DNA of 64,000 nt from Burkholderiales bacterium (GTDB taxonomy: Bacteria; Pseudomonadota; Gammaproteobacteria; Burkholderiales; Burkholderiaceae_B). How positions within the stretch are numbered: the stretch's first letter is position 1; each line of letters starts with the position of its first letter. The DNA lies in assembly GCA_021300475.1 (NCBI GenBank), contig JAJTDO010000010.1:6533-70532 (forward strand). The letters run 5' to 3'. The notes beneath the pieces are model-generated. The model searched no databases. It saw nothing but the letters and a program-made list of their open reading frames with translations, and had not been told where the DNA came from. The translations under genes and the position numbers were made by a program. This document shows, piece after piece, positions 1-9,500 of the stretch.

Positions 1-1682
1 AGCACGAACAAGGTATTGACCAGTGAGGTGCCCAGTGCCGTGGTGAGGTTGATGCGCTGCACTTCCCCGCCAGACAAAGTCCGGCTTTGCCGGTCCAGCG
101 TGAGGTAACCCAAACCCACTTGCTTTAAAAACGACAGGCGCGCGCGCACCTCTGCCAGCACCAGTTCGCTGGCATCGCCCAAGGCCGCAGGCAGGCGCAA
201 CTGCCGCATGAAGGCTTCCACGCGTTCAATGGGGGTCAGCATCAGTTCATGCAGCGACACGCCGGGCAATGCGGACATCTGGGCGTCTGCCCAAGCCACG
301 CCATGGGGTTTGAAACGGCGGTACTGCCCCAGGGGGGCCTCTTGCTGCGCTCCCAGACGCCACAACAAACCTTCGGTTTTAAGGCGCGCACCTTCGCAAG
401 TGGGGCACGGGGTGTAGGCGCGGTACTTGGACAACAGCACACGCACGTGCATTTTGTAGGTTTTTGATTCCAGCCACTCGAAGTAACGCTTCACACCATA
501 AAACTTCGAACCTTCCCAGTTACCATCAAAGTCCACATCGCCGGCGATAACCCAAGCACGGTCTTCGTCCGTCATTTTTCGCCACGCCAGTTGCGTTGCA
601 ACACCGCGTTTTTTTGCAAAGCGGATCAAGTCGTTCTGACACGATACAAAACTGGCGGTCTGCCACGGCTTGATGGCGCCTTCGGCCAGTGATTTGCTTT
701 CATCAGGCACCACCAACCCGTAATCAATACCGACAACCCGCCCAAAACCACGACAGGCCTCGCAGGCGCCCAAGGGGGAATTGAAAGAAAAATGCGATGG
801 CAAGGGTGCGCTGTAATGCAAATCGCAGGGGGCGCAATGCAAGCCGCTGGAATAACGCCAGACTTCTGCCGTTTCGCCGGCTTCATTGAGCACCTGAACG
901 TCCAGACGGTTCTGCCCGCGCAGCAGCGCCGCTTCAATGGCTTCAGCCAAACGGGCATCTTCGGTGCCCGCCACCCGAAAACGGTCTTGCACCACATCGA
1001 GCACCAAAATGGCGGGTTTGTCTGCTTCGCCTTTTTTCTTGCGTGGCTTTTTCTCGCCCGGCTTTCCGGCACCGCCTTCTATCCGGCGGGCATGAATGCG
1101 TGAATAGCCTTGGGCACTCAGGTAGGACTCGACCTCTTCATCGCTAAAACTGGCGGGTACCTGAAGCGGGAACGTAATCAACAACCTCGGGTCACCTGCA
1201 AGGGCGGCACGCGAACGAATGCCTGCGGCAATGGTGGCGGGCGTGTCTTCTGCAACCGGGGCGGCACACTGACGGCAATGCAATTGCGTGGCACGTGCAA
1301 ACAGCAATTTCAGGTGGTCGTTGATTTCAGTCATCGTACCGACCGTGGAGCGGGAGGTGCGGACTTGGTTGGTTTGATCGATGGCGATGGCGGGTGGCAC
1401 GTTGTCTATGCCGTCCACCAGAGGTTTGTCCATCCGGTCTAAAAACTGCCGGGCGTAGGGGGAAAAGGTTTCCACATAACGCCGCTGCCCTTCTGCATAA
1501 AGGGTGTCAAATACCAGCGAGCTTTTACCGCTACCGGAAACCCCGGTCACCACAGTGATTTCGCCGCGGTTGATTTCCAGGCTGAGATTTTTAAGGTTGT
1601 GCTGCCGCGCACCCCTGATGCGAATACCATCAGCGTGAGTTGCGGTTGAATTTTCGAGGGGAATAGCGGAGGAAGGCTTCAT
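1..1682 (-). CDS. UvrA-family ABC ATPase (excinuclease subunit A-like); first ~560 codons, 3' end lies beyond the window edge
   Basis: Own translation of the minus strand from ATG at 1682-1680 gives MKPSSAIPLE..IRGARQHNLKNLSLEINRGEITVVTGVSGSGKSSLVFDTLYAEGQRRYVETFSPYARQFLDRMDKP (Walker A). It also shows Cys-rich motifs (HCRQC, CAPCD, CEACRG, CPTCEGARLK) and the ABC signature TLSGGEVQRINL at about 80-45. The frame stays open to base 1. It is absent from the ORF track because it is truncated by the window. Confidence 0.85.
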   Translation of the reverse strand, partial: MKPSSAIPLENSTATHADGIRIRGARQHNLKNLSLEINRGEITVVTGVSGSGKSSLVFDTLYAEGQRRYVETFSPYARQFLDRMDKPLVDGIDNVPPAIAIDQTNQVRTSRSTVGTMTEINDHLKLLFARATQLHCRQCAAPVAEDTPATIAAGIRSRAALAGDPRLLITFPLQVPASFSDEEVESYLSAQGYSRIHARRIEGGAGKPGEKKPRKKKGEADKPAILVLDVVQDRFRVAGTEDARLAEAIEAALLRGQNRLDVQVLNEAGETAEVWRYSSGLHCAPCDLHYSAPLPSHFSFNSPLGACEACRGFGRVVGIDYGLVVPDESKSLAEGAIKPWQTASFVSCQNDLIRFAKKRGVATQLAWRKMTDEDRAWVIAGDVDFDGNWEGSKFYGVKRYFEWLESKTYKMHVRVLLSKYRAYTPCPTCEGARLKTEGLLWRLGAQQEAPLGQYRRFKPHGVAWADAQMSALPGVSLHELMLTPIERVEAFMRQLRLPAALGDASELVLAEVRARLSFLKQVGLGYLTLDRQSRTLSGGEVQRINLTTALGTSLVNTLFV

Positions 1683-1773
1683 AACACTCACCAGACAGAG
1701 CCAATGAGTTTAACCCAACGAAGGGAGGCTGCGTTGTGCGCAGCCCCCAAATTTGCGGGTTACCTGCAGGTTT

Positions 1774-2841
1774 TCAGTCTTTCGATTTCAGCAGGCGACG
1801 CTTGCGAACGCCATCAGCCAAGGCTTCCAGCAAACCTATGCTGTCTTCCCAGCAAACGCAACCATCGGTAATGCTTTGACCGTAAGTGAGTTCTTTGCCT
1901 TGAACCAGATCTTGACGACCTTCAACCAAGTGACTCTCCACCATGACGCCCATGATGCGGCTTTCGCCGGCAGCCAGTTGCGCCGCAATGTCGGCGATGA
2001 CGTTGATCTGATTGCGGGGTAATTTTGAACTGTTGCCATGGCTGGCGTCCACCATCACATTGGCAGCCAGACCGGCGGCACCGATTTCCTTGCAAGCAGC
2101 ATCAATGCTGGCGGCATCGTAGTTAGGCGTTTTGCCACCGCGCAAAATAATATGGCAATCTTCATTGCCGCTGGTGGATACAATGGCGCTGCGCCCTTCT
2201 TTGGTCACTGACAAAAAGTGGTGCGGATGCTGCGCTGCCTTAATGGCATCGACTGCAATGCGCACATTGCCATCGGTACCATTCTTGAAACCCACCGGAC
2301 AGGACAAACCGGAGGACAGTTCACGGTGAATCTGGCTTTCCGTGGTTCGGGCGCCAATGGCTCCCCAAGACACCAGGTCTGCAATGTACTGCGGCGTGAT
2401 CATGTCCAGAAACTCGGTGCCCGCTGGCAAACCCAAGGCATTGACGGAGCGCAAAAATTCGCGCGCCATGCGCAGGCCTTTGTTGATTTCAAAGCTGCCG
2501 TTGAGGTCGGGGTCGTTGATCAAGCCCTTCCAGCCCACTGTGGTGCGGGGCTTTTCAAAATACACACGCATTACAATTTCCAGATCGCCACTGAAACGCT
2601 TGCGCTGCTCAACCAAGCGGCGGGCATATTCCATACCGGCTGCTGTGTCGTGTATGGAACAAGGACCGATTACAACCACCAGGCGATCGTCTGCGCCATG
2701 CAAAATACGGTGAATGCCTGCACGGGAATTCACCACGGTGTCCACAATCTCGGCGCTGAGCGGAAACTCTTCTATCAGGGCCGCTGGGGCTGTGACTTCT
2801 TTAATTTCTTTAATTCTCACATCGTCCGTCGCTATTTGCAT
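1774..2841 (-). CDS. aroG: 3-deoxy-7-phosphoheptulonate (DAHP) synthase, class I
   Basis: ORF 1774..2874 has motifs LVVVIGPCSIHD and KPRTTVGWKGL and a length typical of AroF/G/H. I moved the start to ATG 2841 (MQIATDD) because GGAGAG lies a few nt upstream and the longer start would run into the terminator T-tract. The isozyme (F/G/H) cannot be resolved. Confidence 0.9.
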   Translation of the reverse strand: MQIATDDVRIKEIKEVTAPAALIEEFPLSAEIVDTVVNSRAGIHRILHGADDRLVVVIGPCSIHDTAAGMEYARRLVEQRKRFSGDLEIVMRVYFEKPRTTVGWKGLINDPDLNGSFEINKGLRMAREFLRSVNALGLPAGTEFLDMITPQYIADLVSWGAIGARTTESQIHRELSSGLSCPVGFKNGTDGNVRIAVDAIKAAQHPHHFLSVTKEGRSAIVSTSGNEDCHIILRGGKTPNYDAASIDAACKEIGAAGLAANVMVDASHGNSSKLPRNQINVIADIAAQLAAGESRIMGVMVESHLVEGRQDLVQGKELTYGQSITDGCVCWEDSIGLLEALADGVRKRRLLKSKD

Positions 2842-2874
2842 TTTTGCTCTCCACTGCATGGGCTTGGCCCACAC

Positions 2875-2905
2875 AAAAAAAAACCGCCAGGAATCTGCCT
2901 GGCGG
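2875..2905 (-). terminator. Rho-independent terminator downstream of the 338-aa ORF, immediately upstream of aroG
   Basis: A perfect 8-bp stem ccgccagg/cctggcgg (2884-2891 / 2898-2905) has a 6-nt loop. On the minus strand it is followed by a run of nine T (plus-strand A-run 2875-2883). Confidence 0.8.
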
Positions 2906-3076
2906 TGGGTGTTCCGAGTGTTACTTATGAACGCTGTTTTCGAACACCGACCGCCGTCACCGCCAAAGAGCGATAACCGCCAAAATGACCGAAAGTAAAA
3001 AAGCGCGTGCGTTTCATGTAGTAATTAAACCGCAGACCACGCTTTTTGGCAAATTAAACCGCGGCTCATCCGTGTC

Positions 3077-4093
3077 TCAATTCAAAAAAAGGTGTGGATA
3101 GGCTTTACGGGCATGGTCGTGTACAAAACCCGCTAGATGACTGCCCAATCTTTCAGCATTTTCCAACACAGCCATGGACGTCTTGTGCTCAGCCATGCCT
3201 GCCACAGTTCGCAGACTCTCTTCATTGGAAACCAGATAGTGAACTGCATCGACGCGCAGCTTTAAGACGGCAAAAACCAGCGGATGGGGAATGTTGCTGG
3301 CAGAGTGCGAGAAATTCAGACCACAATTTGCCGCCAGTGAAATTTCACGCAGAGAACCCGCTTCAACCAAAGTGTGGGCGATGGAGCGGCCACTGAGACT
3401 GGCCGAATTTTGCAACTGTACAAACAAGGGAATGGGAGTGCCGCCTTGATTTCCCAGCCGTGTGGGTGGCGGGAACACAGATCGTGGGAAAAAAGCAACT
3501 GTGGGCAAGGGGTTGGAGAGATAACCATGCCCGACACCTCGCTGAGCAAGCAGCAAAGCGCAATCGCTGGCTGAATGGTGAATAACAGCATCCAGCAAAT
3601 TGGTTGAAACACCGAGCTCTCGCCACTCAAAAAACGGGTCTAAACCCATGTCAAGCAACTCTTGCAACTTCGGCGCGAAACCGCCCGCCTGTAACCCTGC
3701 CTTGACATACCCAGCCAAGGCTGCAGAGGCAAGCCTGTGAATTTCGAGTCCTTCAAGCGTCCTGCTTGTAAGGCTTGAGCTTGGGTTCCGGTACAAGCCT
3801 TCATAGGCAATCACAGGGCCCAGAACAGCCATGCGACAAGCTTGGGTTTGTGACAGCAGCAATTCTGGATGGGCGACAACACAGTTGCAAAGCGCACCTA
3901 TGGTGAGCACCGGCACAGTGGGTGGTACTGAAACCGTGGAATCACTGAAAGTGCCCGGAAGGTTGGGCGACAAAATGCTGCGGGCGATTTCAACGGCAGT
4001 TGAGAATGGCGAGTGCGGTAAAACCATTGCGTACTTGAAAGGGCTCACTGAGGTCATGAAAATTACCTGTAGGAAATAGCAAGGAAAGCACAT
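3077..4093 (-). CDS. hypothetical protein (orphan; possibly degenerate ankyrin-like repeats)
   Basis: A 338-codon open frame is far longer than expected by chance, and its own terminator lies downstream. I recognise no family motif. Segments such as GGTPIPLFVQLQNS..HTLVEAGS, NIPHPLVFAVLKLRVDAVHYLVSN and NLLDAVIHHSASDCALLLAQRG loosely resemble ANK repeats. The start is uncertain (4093 or ATG at 4057). Confidence 0.5.
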   Translation of the reverse strand: MCFPCYFLQVIFMTSVSPFKYAMVLPHSPFSTAVEIARSILSPNLPGTFSDSTVSVPPTVPVLTIGALCNCVVAHPELLLSQTQACRMAVLGPVIAYEGLYRNPSSSLTSRTLEGLEIHRLASAALAGYVKAGLQAGGFAPKLQELLDMGLDPFFEWRELGVSTNLLDAVIHHSASDCALLLAQRGVGHGYLSNPLPTVAFFPRSVFPPPTRLGNQGGTPIPLFVQLQNSASLSGRSIAHTLVEAGSLREISLAANCGLNFSHSASNIPHPLVFAVLKLRVDAVHYLVSNEESLRTVAGMAEHKTSMAVLENAERLGSHLAGFVHDHARKAYPHLFLN

Positions 4094-4205
4094 TGAAAAA
4101 CGCTGAAGAGCGTTAATTCCTTGAGTTGTTTTTCGAACAGGAAAGTTCCATTGACGCTTTCAGGTCGAACAGGTGGGATGCACCCAGTTCAGCCCTGAAA
4201 CCCCA

Positions 4206-5669
4206 TCACTGCGTGCCGCCAACCAGCAACCCTTCCAACAGCAAAGTGGGCTGCCCGACACCCACGGGCACACTTTGCCCTTCTTTGCCACAGGTGCCTA
4301 CGCCTTCGTCAAGCTGCATGTTGTTGCCCACCATTTTGACGCGGGTCAGAGCGTCAGGGCCATTGCCCATAAAGGTGGCGCCCTTGATTGGGTAAGTGAC
4401 CTTGCCGTTTTCAATTTTGTAGGCTTCTGAAGCTGAAAACACAAACTTTCCACTGGTAATGTCCACTTGACCGCCGCCAAAATTAACGGCGTAGATACCG
4501 TCCTTCACACTGGCAATAATTTCTTCAGGCGCATAAGCCCCTGACAGCATGTAGGTGTTGGTCATTCGTGGCATGGGCAGGTGGGCAAAACTTTCGCGTC
4601 TGCCGTTGCCTGTCAAAGGCATTTTCATGAGGCGTGCGTTCGTCATGTCTTGGATGTAGCCACGCAAAATACCGTCTTCAATCAGAACGGTACGCTCTGT
4701 CGGGTTGCCTTCGTCATCTACGTTCAAGGAACCGCGGCGATTGGGCAAAGTGCCATCGTCCACGACCGTAACGCCCTTGGCAGCCACCTGCTCACCAATG
4801 CGCCCTGAAAATGCACTGGACCCTTTGCGGTTGAAGTCGCCTTCCAACCCGTGACCAATGGCTTCATGCAACAAAATACCGGGCCAACCGGCGCCCAGCA
4901 CCACGGTTTGTGAACCCGCTGGCGCAGGGCGTGCATCCAGATTTATCAGCGCCTGATCAACAGCCGTTTCAGCGTAATGACGCAGCAGCGGCTCTTGGAA
5001 ATAACCGAAATCATAGCGTCCGCCACCGCCGGAGGAACCAGACTCCCTGCGACCGTTTTCTTCAACCAATACAGACACGCTCAAGCGCACCAGGGGACGG
5101 ATGTCTGCTGCCATGACGCCATCGCTGCGCGCCACCAAAACAATTTCCCAAGCACCCACCAAACTGGCCATCACTTGCTTGACGCGAGGATCCCGACCGC
5201 GGGCCAGGTGCTCAATGCGTTCGAGTATTGCCACTTTTGCAGTTGAATCCAGCGTTGGAATTGGGTTGCCGGGCGCATACAAATCAAGTCCGAACTGCCC
5301 GCGCAGTGGTTTTCCCACCTTGTGTTTTGCGCTTGCCCCGGAAGCAGCAATGGCTTTCACCGACTTGCAAGCCTCCATGAGGGGTTTGAAGGCGATGTCG
5401 TCGGAGTAGGCAAATGCGGTTTTGTCGCCAGTGACGGCACGCACACCCACGCCCTGTTCAATACTGAAACTGCCAGACTTCACAATACCTTCGTCAAGGC
5501 TCCAGCCTTCAACACAACTGTATTGGAAATAGGCGTCTGCAAAGTCGACCTTGCGTGTAAAAATTTCAGCCAAGGCTTTGCGTACCTTGCCCTCATCCAG
5601 ACCATAAGGCGTCCAGAGTGTTTCCTGTGCGGTCGCTAGTGTGCGAAAACCTGGGTCTATTGCATTCAT
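4206..5669 (-). CDS. tldD: metalloprotease TldD
   Basis: The 487-aa product has the HEAIGHGLEGDFNRKGSSAF metal-binding motif and a C-terminal GTCGKEGQSVPVG typical of TldD/PmbA. Confidence 0.93.
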   Translation of the reverse strand: MNAIDPGFRTLATAQETLWTPYGLDEGKVRKALAEIFTRKVDFADAYFQYSCVEGWSLDEGIVKSGSFSIEQGVGVRAVTGDKTAFAYSDDIAFKPLMEACKSVKAIAASGASAKHKVGKPLRGQFGLDLYAPGNPIPTLDSTAKVAILERIEHLARGRDPRVKQVMASLVGAWEIVLVARSDGVMAADIRPLVRLSVSVLVEENGRRESGSSGGGGRYDFGYFQEPLLRHYAETAVDQALINLDARPAPAGSQTVVLGAGWPGILLHEAIGHGLEGDFNRKGSSAFSGRIGEQVAAKGVTVVDDGTLPNRRGSLNVDDEGNPTERTVLIEDGILRGYIQDMTNARLMKMPLTGNGRRESFAHLPMPRMTNTYMLSGAYAPEEIIASVKDGIYAVNFGGGQVDITSGKFVFSASEAYKIENGKVTYPIKGATFMGNGPDALTRVKMVGNNMQLDEGVGTCGKEGQSVPVGVGQPTLLLEGLLVGGTQ

Positions 5670-5719
5670 CTCGACTACTCTTTCAACAACGGTTCAAACA
5701 AGGATGACATCAGACAGCT

Positions 5720-6565
5720 TTAAAGTACACGGTGTTCCAGCGCGGGCAGTTGCGACCTGACTTTATTGAGTCTTTCTGCATCAAACTCGCCCAGCAACAC
5801 ACCTTCGCCTTCCGGCAGACAGGATAACACCTGCCCCCAAGGGTCTATCCACATACTGTGACCGTAGGTTTTTCGCCCGTTGTCGTGGTCGCCGCCCTGC
5901 CCGCATGCCAGCACGTAGCACTGGTTCTCAATGGCGCGGGCCCGCAACAGCACTTCCCAATGGGCCCGACCGGTGGTGTAGGTAAATGCCGCAGGCACCA
6001 CAATCATACCGACTGGCCCCATGGCCCGGTAAAGTTCGGGAAAGCGCAGGTCATAGCAGACCGACAAACCGATTCGCGTGCCCAAGGCATCGAAACAGCC
6101 CAACTCTGCACCCGGTTCTATGGTGGAGGCTTCATCGTAACGCTCTTTTTCAGTGGCGAACCGGAACAAATGAATTTTGTCGTAGCGGGCCACCTGCTCG
6201 CCGTCAGGGTTGAACACCAGGGTCGTATTCCTCACCTTGTCGTCAGGCACGGCCGCCAGCGGCAATGTACCGCCAATCAACCACACCCCGTGTTCTTTTG
6301 CCATGGCAGAGAGAAAGGCCTGAATGGGCCCTGTTCCCGCCTGTTCGCGGACAGCAACCTTGTCGGTGTCCCGGCGCCCCATCAATGCAAAATACTCCGG
6401 CAGAAGAATCAGACTGGCGCCCGCCTTGGCCGCTTCTGCGATTTGGGCTTGCGCGTAATAAAGGTTGTCGTCCACACGGGTGGAAGACACCATTTGAACC
6501 GCTGCCACTTTAAACTTCACAGGCGCAGATTTACCCGTTTTAGCCGTTTTTTCCTTGCCGCTCAA
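5720..6565 (-). CDS. carbon-nitrogen hydrolase (nitrilase superfamily) protein
   Basis: The 281-aa product shows the Glu-Lys-Cys triad context: LILLPEYF, YDKIHLF and GLSVCYDLRFPELY. It sits in the conserved tldD-nit-yhdP neighbourhood. Confidence 0.88.
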   Translation of the reverse strand: MSGKEKTAKTGKSAPVKFKVAAVQMVSSTRVDDNLYYAQAQIAEAAKAGASLILLPEYFALMGRRDTDKVAVREQAGTGPIQAFLSAMAKEHGVWLIGGTLPLAAVPDDKVRNTTLVFNPDGEQVARYDKIHLFRFATEKERYDEASTIEPGAELGCFDALGTRIGLSVCYDLRFPELYRAMGPVGMIVVPAAFTYTTGRAHWEVLLRARAIENQCYVLACGQGGDHDNGRKTYGHSMWIDPWGQVLSCLPEGEGVLLGEFDAERLNKVRSQLPALEHRVL

Positions 6566-9500
6566 TTGCGTTTCTCCACTTTTTCAATGTTGGGATCCAC
6601 CCAGGTGCCAGAAACCTTGTATTCATAAGAAAAGGCTTTGGACAACGGGTCTTTGAGCACCAATTGCGCTAAAAAACTCGCAATGCCAATAGCAGGGTTT
6701 GCCGCCATTACGGAATATACCAAGGAGCCGCCGGCAGCGCTGACCTCAGGCAAAATAACGGCGCGCAAATCTTGCGTTTCCTTGACCAAATCCACTTTTC
6801 CTTCCATCAGCACAGAAGCGCTGACGCCCCGCATTTTAAAGTCGCTGGTACTCAATACGCCATTGGCAACGGAGGCATTGGCGAAAATCTGGTCGAATGC
6901 GAAACCTTCTGAAAATACATCCCGGAAATCCAGGGTCAGCCTTCTGGGCAAGGACTGCAAGGACAAAATACCCAACAAACGGGCTACGCCAGGCTCAGCC
7001 TTTAGAAACTGTCCGTTCTTGATGTCCATGCTGAGTTCACCGTTCATGGTGGCATAGTCAAAGGATTGAGGTGGGCCCACCCATTGCAAACGGCCATTGA
7101 CGGCGCCTGTGCCAGATCGCACCAGTTTTTCCAGACCCACCCGGTCCAGCAACTTGCCTGCATTGCCCACATCCATTTTAAAGTCAAGGCGGGTGCGGCG
7201 GGGTTGGCCGACCTGCTCGCGCCGCCATTCGCCTTTGGCAGTTAGCGTTGCATCCGGATTGCTCAATTGCATGTCGCGCAGTATCCACTGCTTGAACTGC
7301 CCTTCGCCTTCATTTACAGCCTTCAAGCGCAACTTGCCGTAATTTGTTTTCCCAATAAAAAACTGATCAACCGCAATGTCAAGCGCCGGAGTGTCAAAGT
7401 AATCTGTGGGGTCGGGCACCACTGCGACAACAGTATCGGGGGTTTCGGGAATAATGAGGCGAGCCAGCTTCAAGCTCAATGTACCCGCCACATCGGTTTT
7501 TGCATTTTGTGTCCAACTGGCCTGCCCCAACGCCTCTGCACTGCTGATATCAAAATTCCAGCTGTCTTTTTTCCGGGTACCGGACAACACCAGATCGTGG
7601 ATCACTTTGGTGGCGAACACCAACTGATCTGTTTTTAATGTGATGCGATCAGGCATTAACGCCACCGTATCTTTGGAGCCTTCGGTCAAGGTGCCGGCTG
7701 TGTTTGAATCAGCGGCTGACGGGTCGCCCAATTGCGTCAGTTGCCATTGATCCAAATCCAGTTTTGGCACCTTTACATTTAAGTTAAAACCACTTTCAGG
7801 CATCACCAGCGGTTCCCTCACCGCAATTGCGCCCCTTAAAATATTGCTTTTGCCGTTGGTACGATCGCGCTCCAAACGGCCCTGCAACAAGCCGACCTGA
7901 GAAATGCTGCCCTGATTCGAACTCAAGTACATGCGCAATTCATCCCGCACAATATTGCCGGCCTTGCTTAAGGTCGGAATCATGCGGAACTCAAACGGCC
8001 AGACTTCCTGAGCCTGTTTTACAAATGGTGCCGGTAAATCAGACACCAAGCCCTGCAGGTTACTCTCGACAGTGATGTCAGGCTCTCCAACGCCCGGCTT
8101 GATACCGATGTTCACGCCATATCTGGTTTGACCACTGATTCGCAAAGCCGTTGGCAGGCTCAAATAACGCTTGATGCCCTGGGCCGACGCCGTGCCCTCG
8201 GCTCGAAACTGCATGCTGCCGTCTGGACGGGTGCCCCCGTCCAACCTGACAGGACCGCCCAAACCAAAACCATTGAGGTTCTTGATGCTGACGCCAGACT
8301 CATTGAACTCCAGACTGCCTTTCACCTTGAGCAACTGCGGCAGGCCGGACATCAGCAATACATCGTTTTCGAGGAAGTTAAGCGTGCCCTTGAGTTTGGT
8401 CTGTTCGGGAACGCTCAGAGGCAGTTCCAGGGTAAGCGCGAGCTTTGCAGAACCGTTGGCCTTGGTTTCCAGCAACAAACCGTCCAGCATGGCATTGACC
8501 GGACTGCCATTGACATATTTGACCATGTCAGACATCGCACCTTGCGCCAGTCCTTCCACGCTCAGTACCCACGCATCCGCCATGAGTGAAGGAATTTTTA
8601 CCTGAACATTGCTCAAGTTGCTGTCTTTGGTCTTGGCCTGTTTTGCGCTGACGGTCAGGGTGTCGTTGTCGAAACTGACCACCCCCTCGATGTTGGTGAT
8701 GGCGGGCCATTCAGTGTCAAACAAGAGGTCGCCACCCTGTATTTTTCCCACCAGGCTGAATTCACCCTGATTGCGCTTTTTAAAAGGATAGTCGTTGAGG
8801 TTACCCTTCAAACGCCAATTGCCTTCGGTAACCATGCCCCCGCGCAGCCCGGTGGCCAGCCATGAGATGGCGTCAGGCGGGAAAAAACCGGGCATCAGGC
8901 CCGGAATGATATTGACGGGAACCCGTTTGAAATTGCCGGACAAATCAACGTCAGGCAACAGCTCACCCTGTGTTTGCAAGCTACCGTTCATACTCAAATG
9001 CATGTCTGCACGGCGCACCTGTAAGGTGTCGAAGTCCAGTTTCATGATTGCTTTGGAACCGCTGCCAAGCCTTCTCCAACGCCCTTGCGTGTTCAACTCG
9101 GAGAACGGAACCAAGGCGGTTTGCAAAACCTCTGGGGCATGAACATATCCTTCCGTGGCGCTCAAATTCCAACGCCCGCCCACTTCATCACCCGAGAATT
9201 CGCCGCTCAAGCCCTTGAAGCCGGGAAAACGCTGTTCCGGCCCAAATACCAAAGGATTCATGCCCAAACCTTCAAATGCAGCAGCGATGCGAAACGTTTC
9301 CGGCGCATCTGCCAGTCCATGCCAGTCCCATTGCAAACGCGTAATCTGACCCTCGGGCTGGGCCTGGAGCAAGGTTGAAACCCAAGCTTCCGGGAAAGGC
9401 AGGTAAACGGCAACGGCAACCAGATTGCGCACATCCAGCGCGCTGATTTTGACCTGCCCGGCAGCAATGCTGCCATCTTCCTGCGCCTCCAACTGCAACT

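Noticed and set aside
4095-4114. A hairpin aacgct-gaag-agcgtt plus T5 (minus strand) could be the tldD terminator.
   Set aside because: The stem is only 6 bp, and it abuts the first ATG of the 338-aa ORF. It is too ambiguous to list as a feature, so I mention it under the orphan-ORF finding.
5858-6628. This 256-aa ORF is one of several long antisense ORFs. Others are 61896..62753, 59862..60494, 17937..18536 and 11019..11624.
   Set aside because: Each one is fully contained opposite a gene with clear family motifs. None shows a domain signature of its own.
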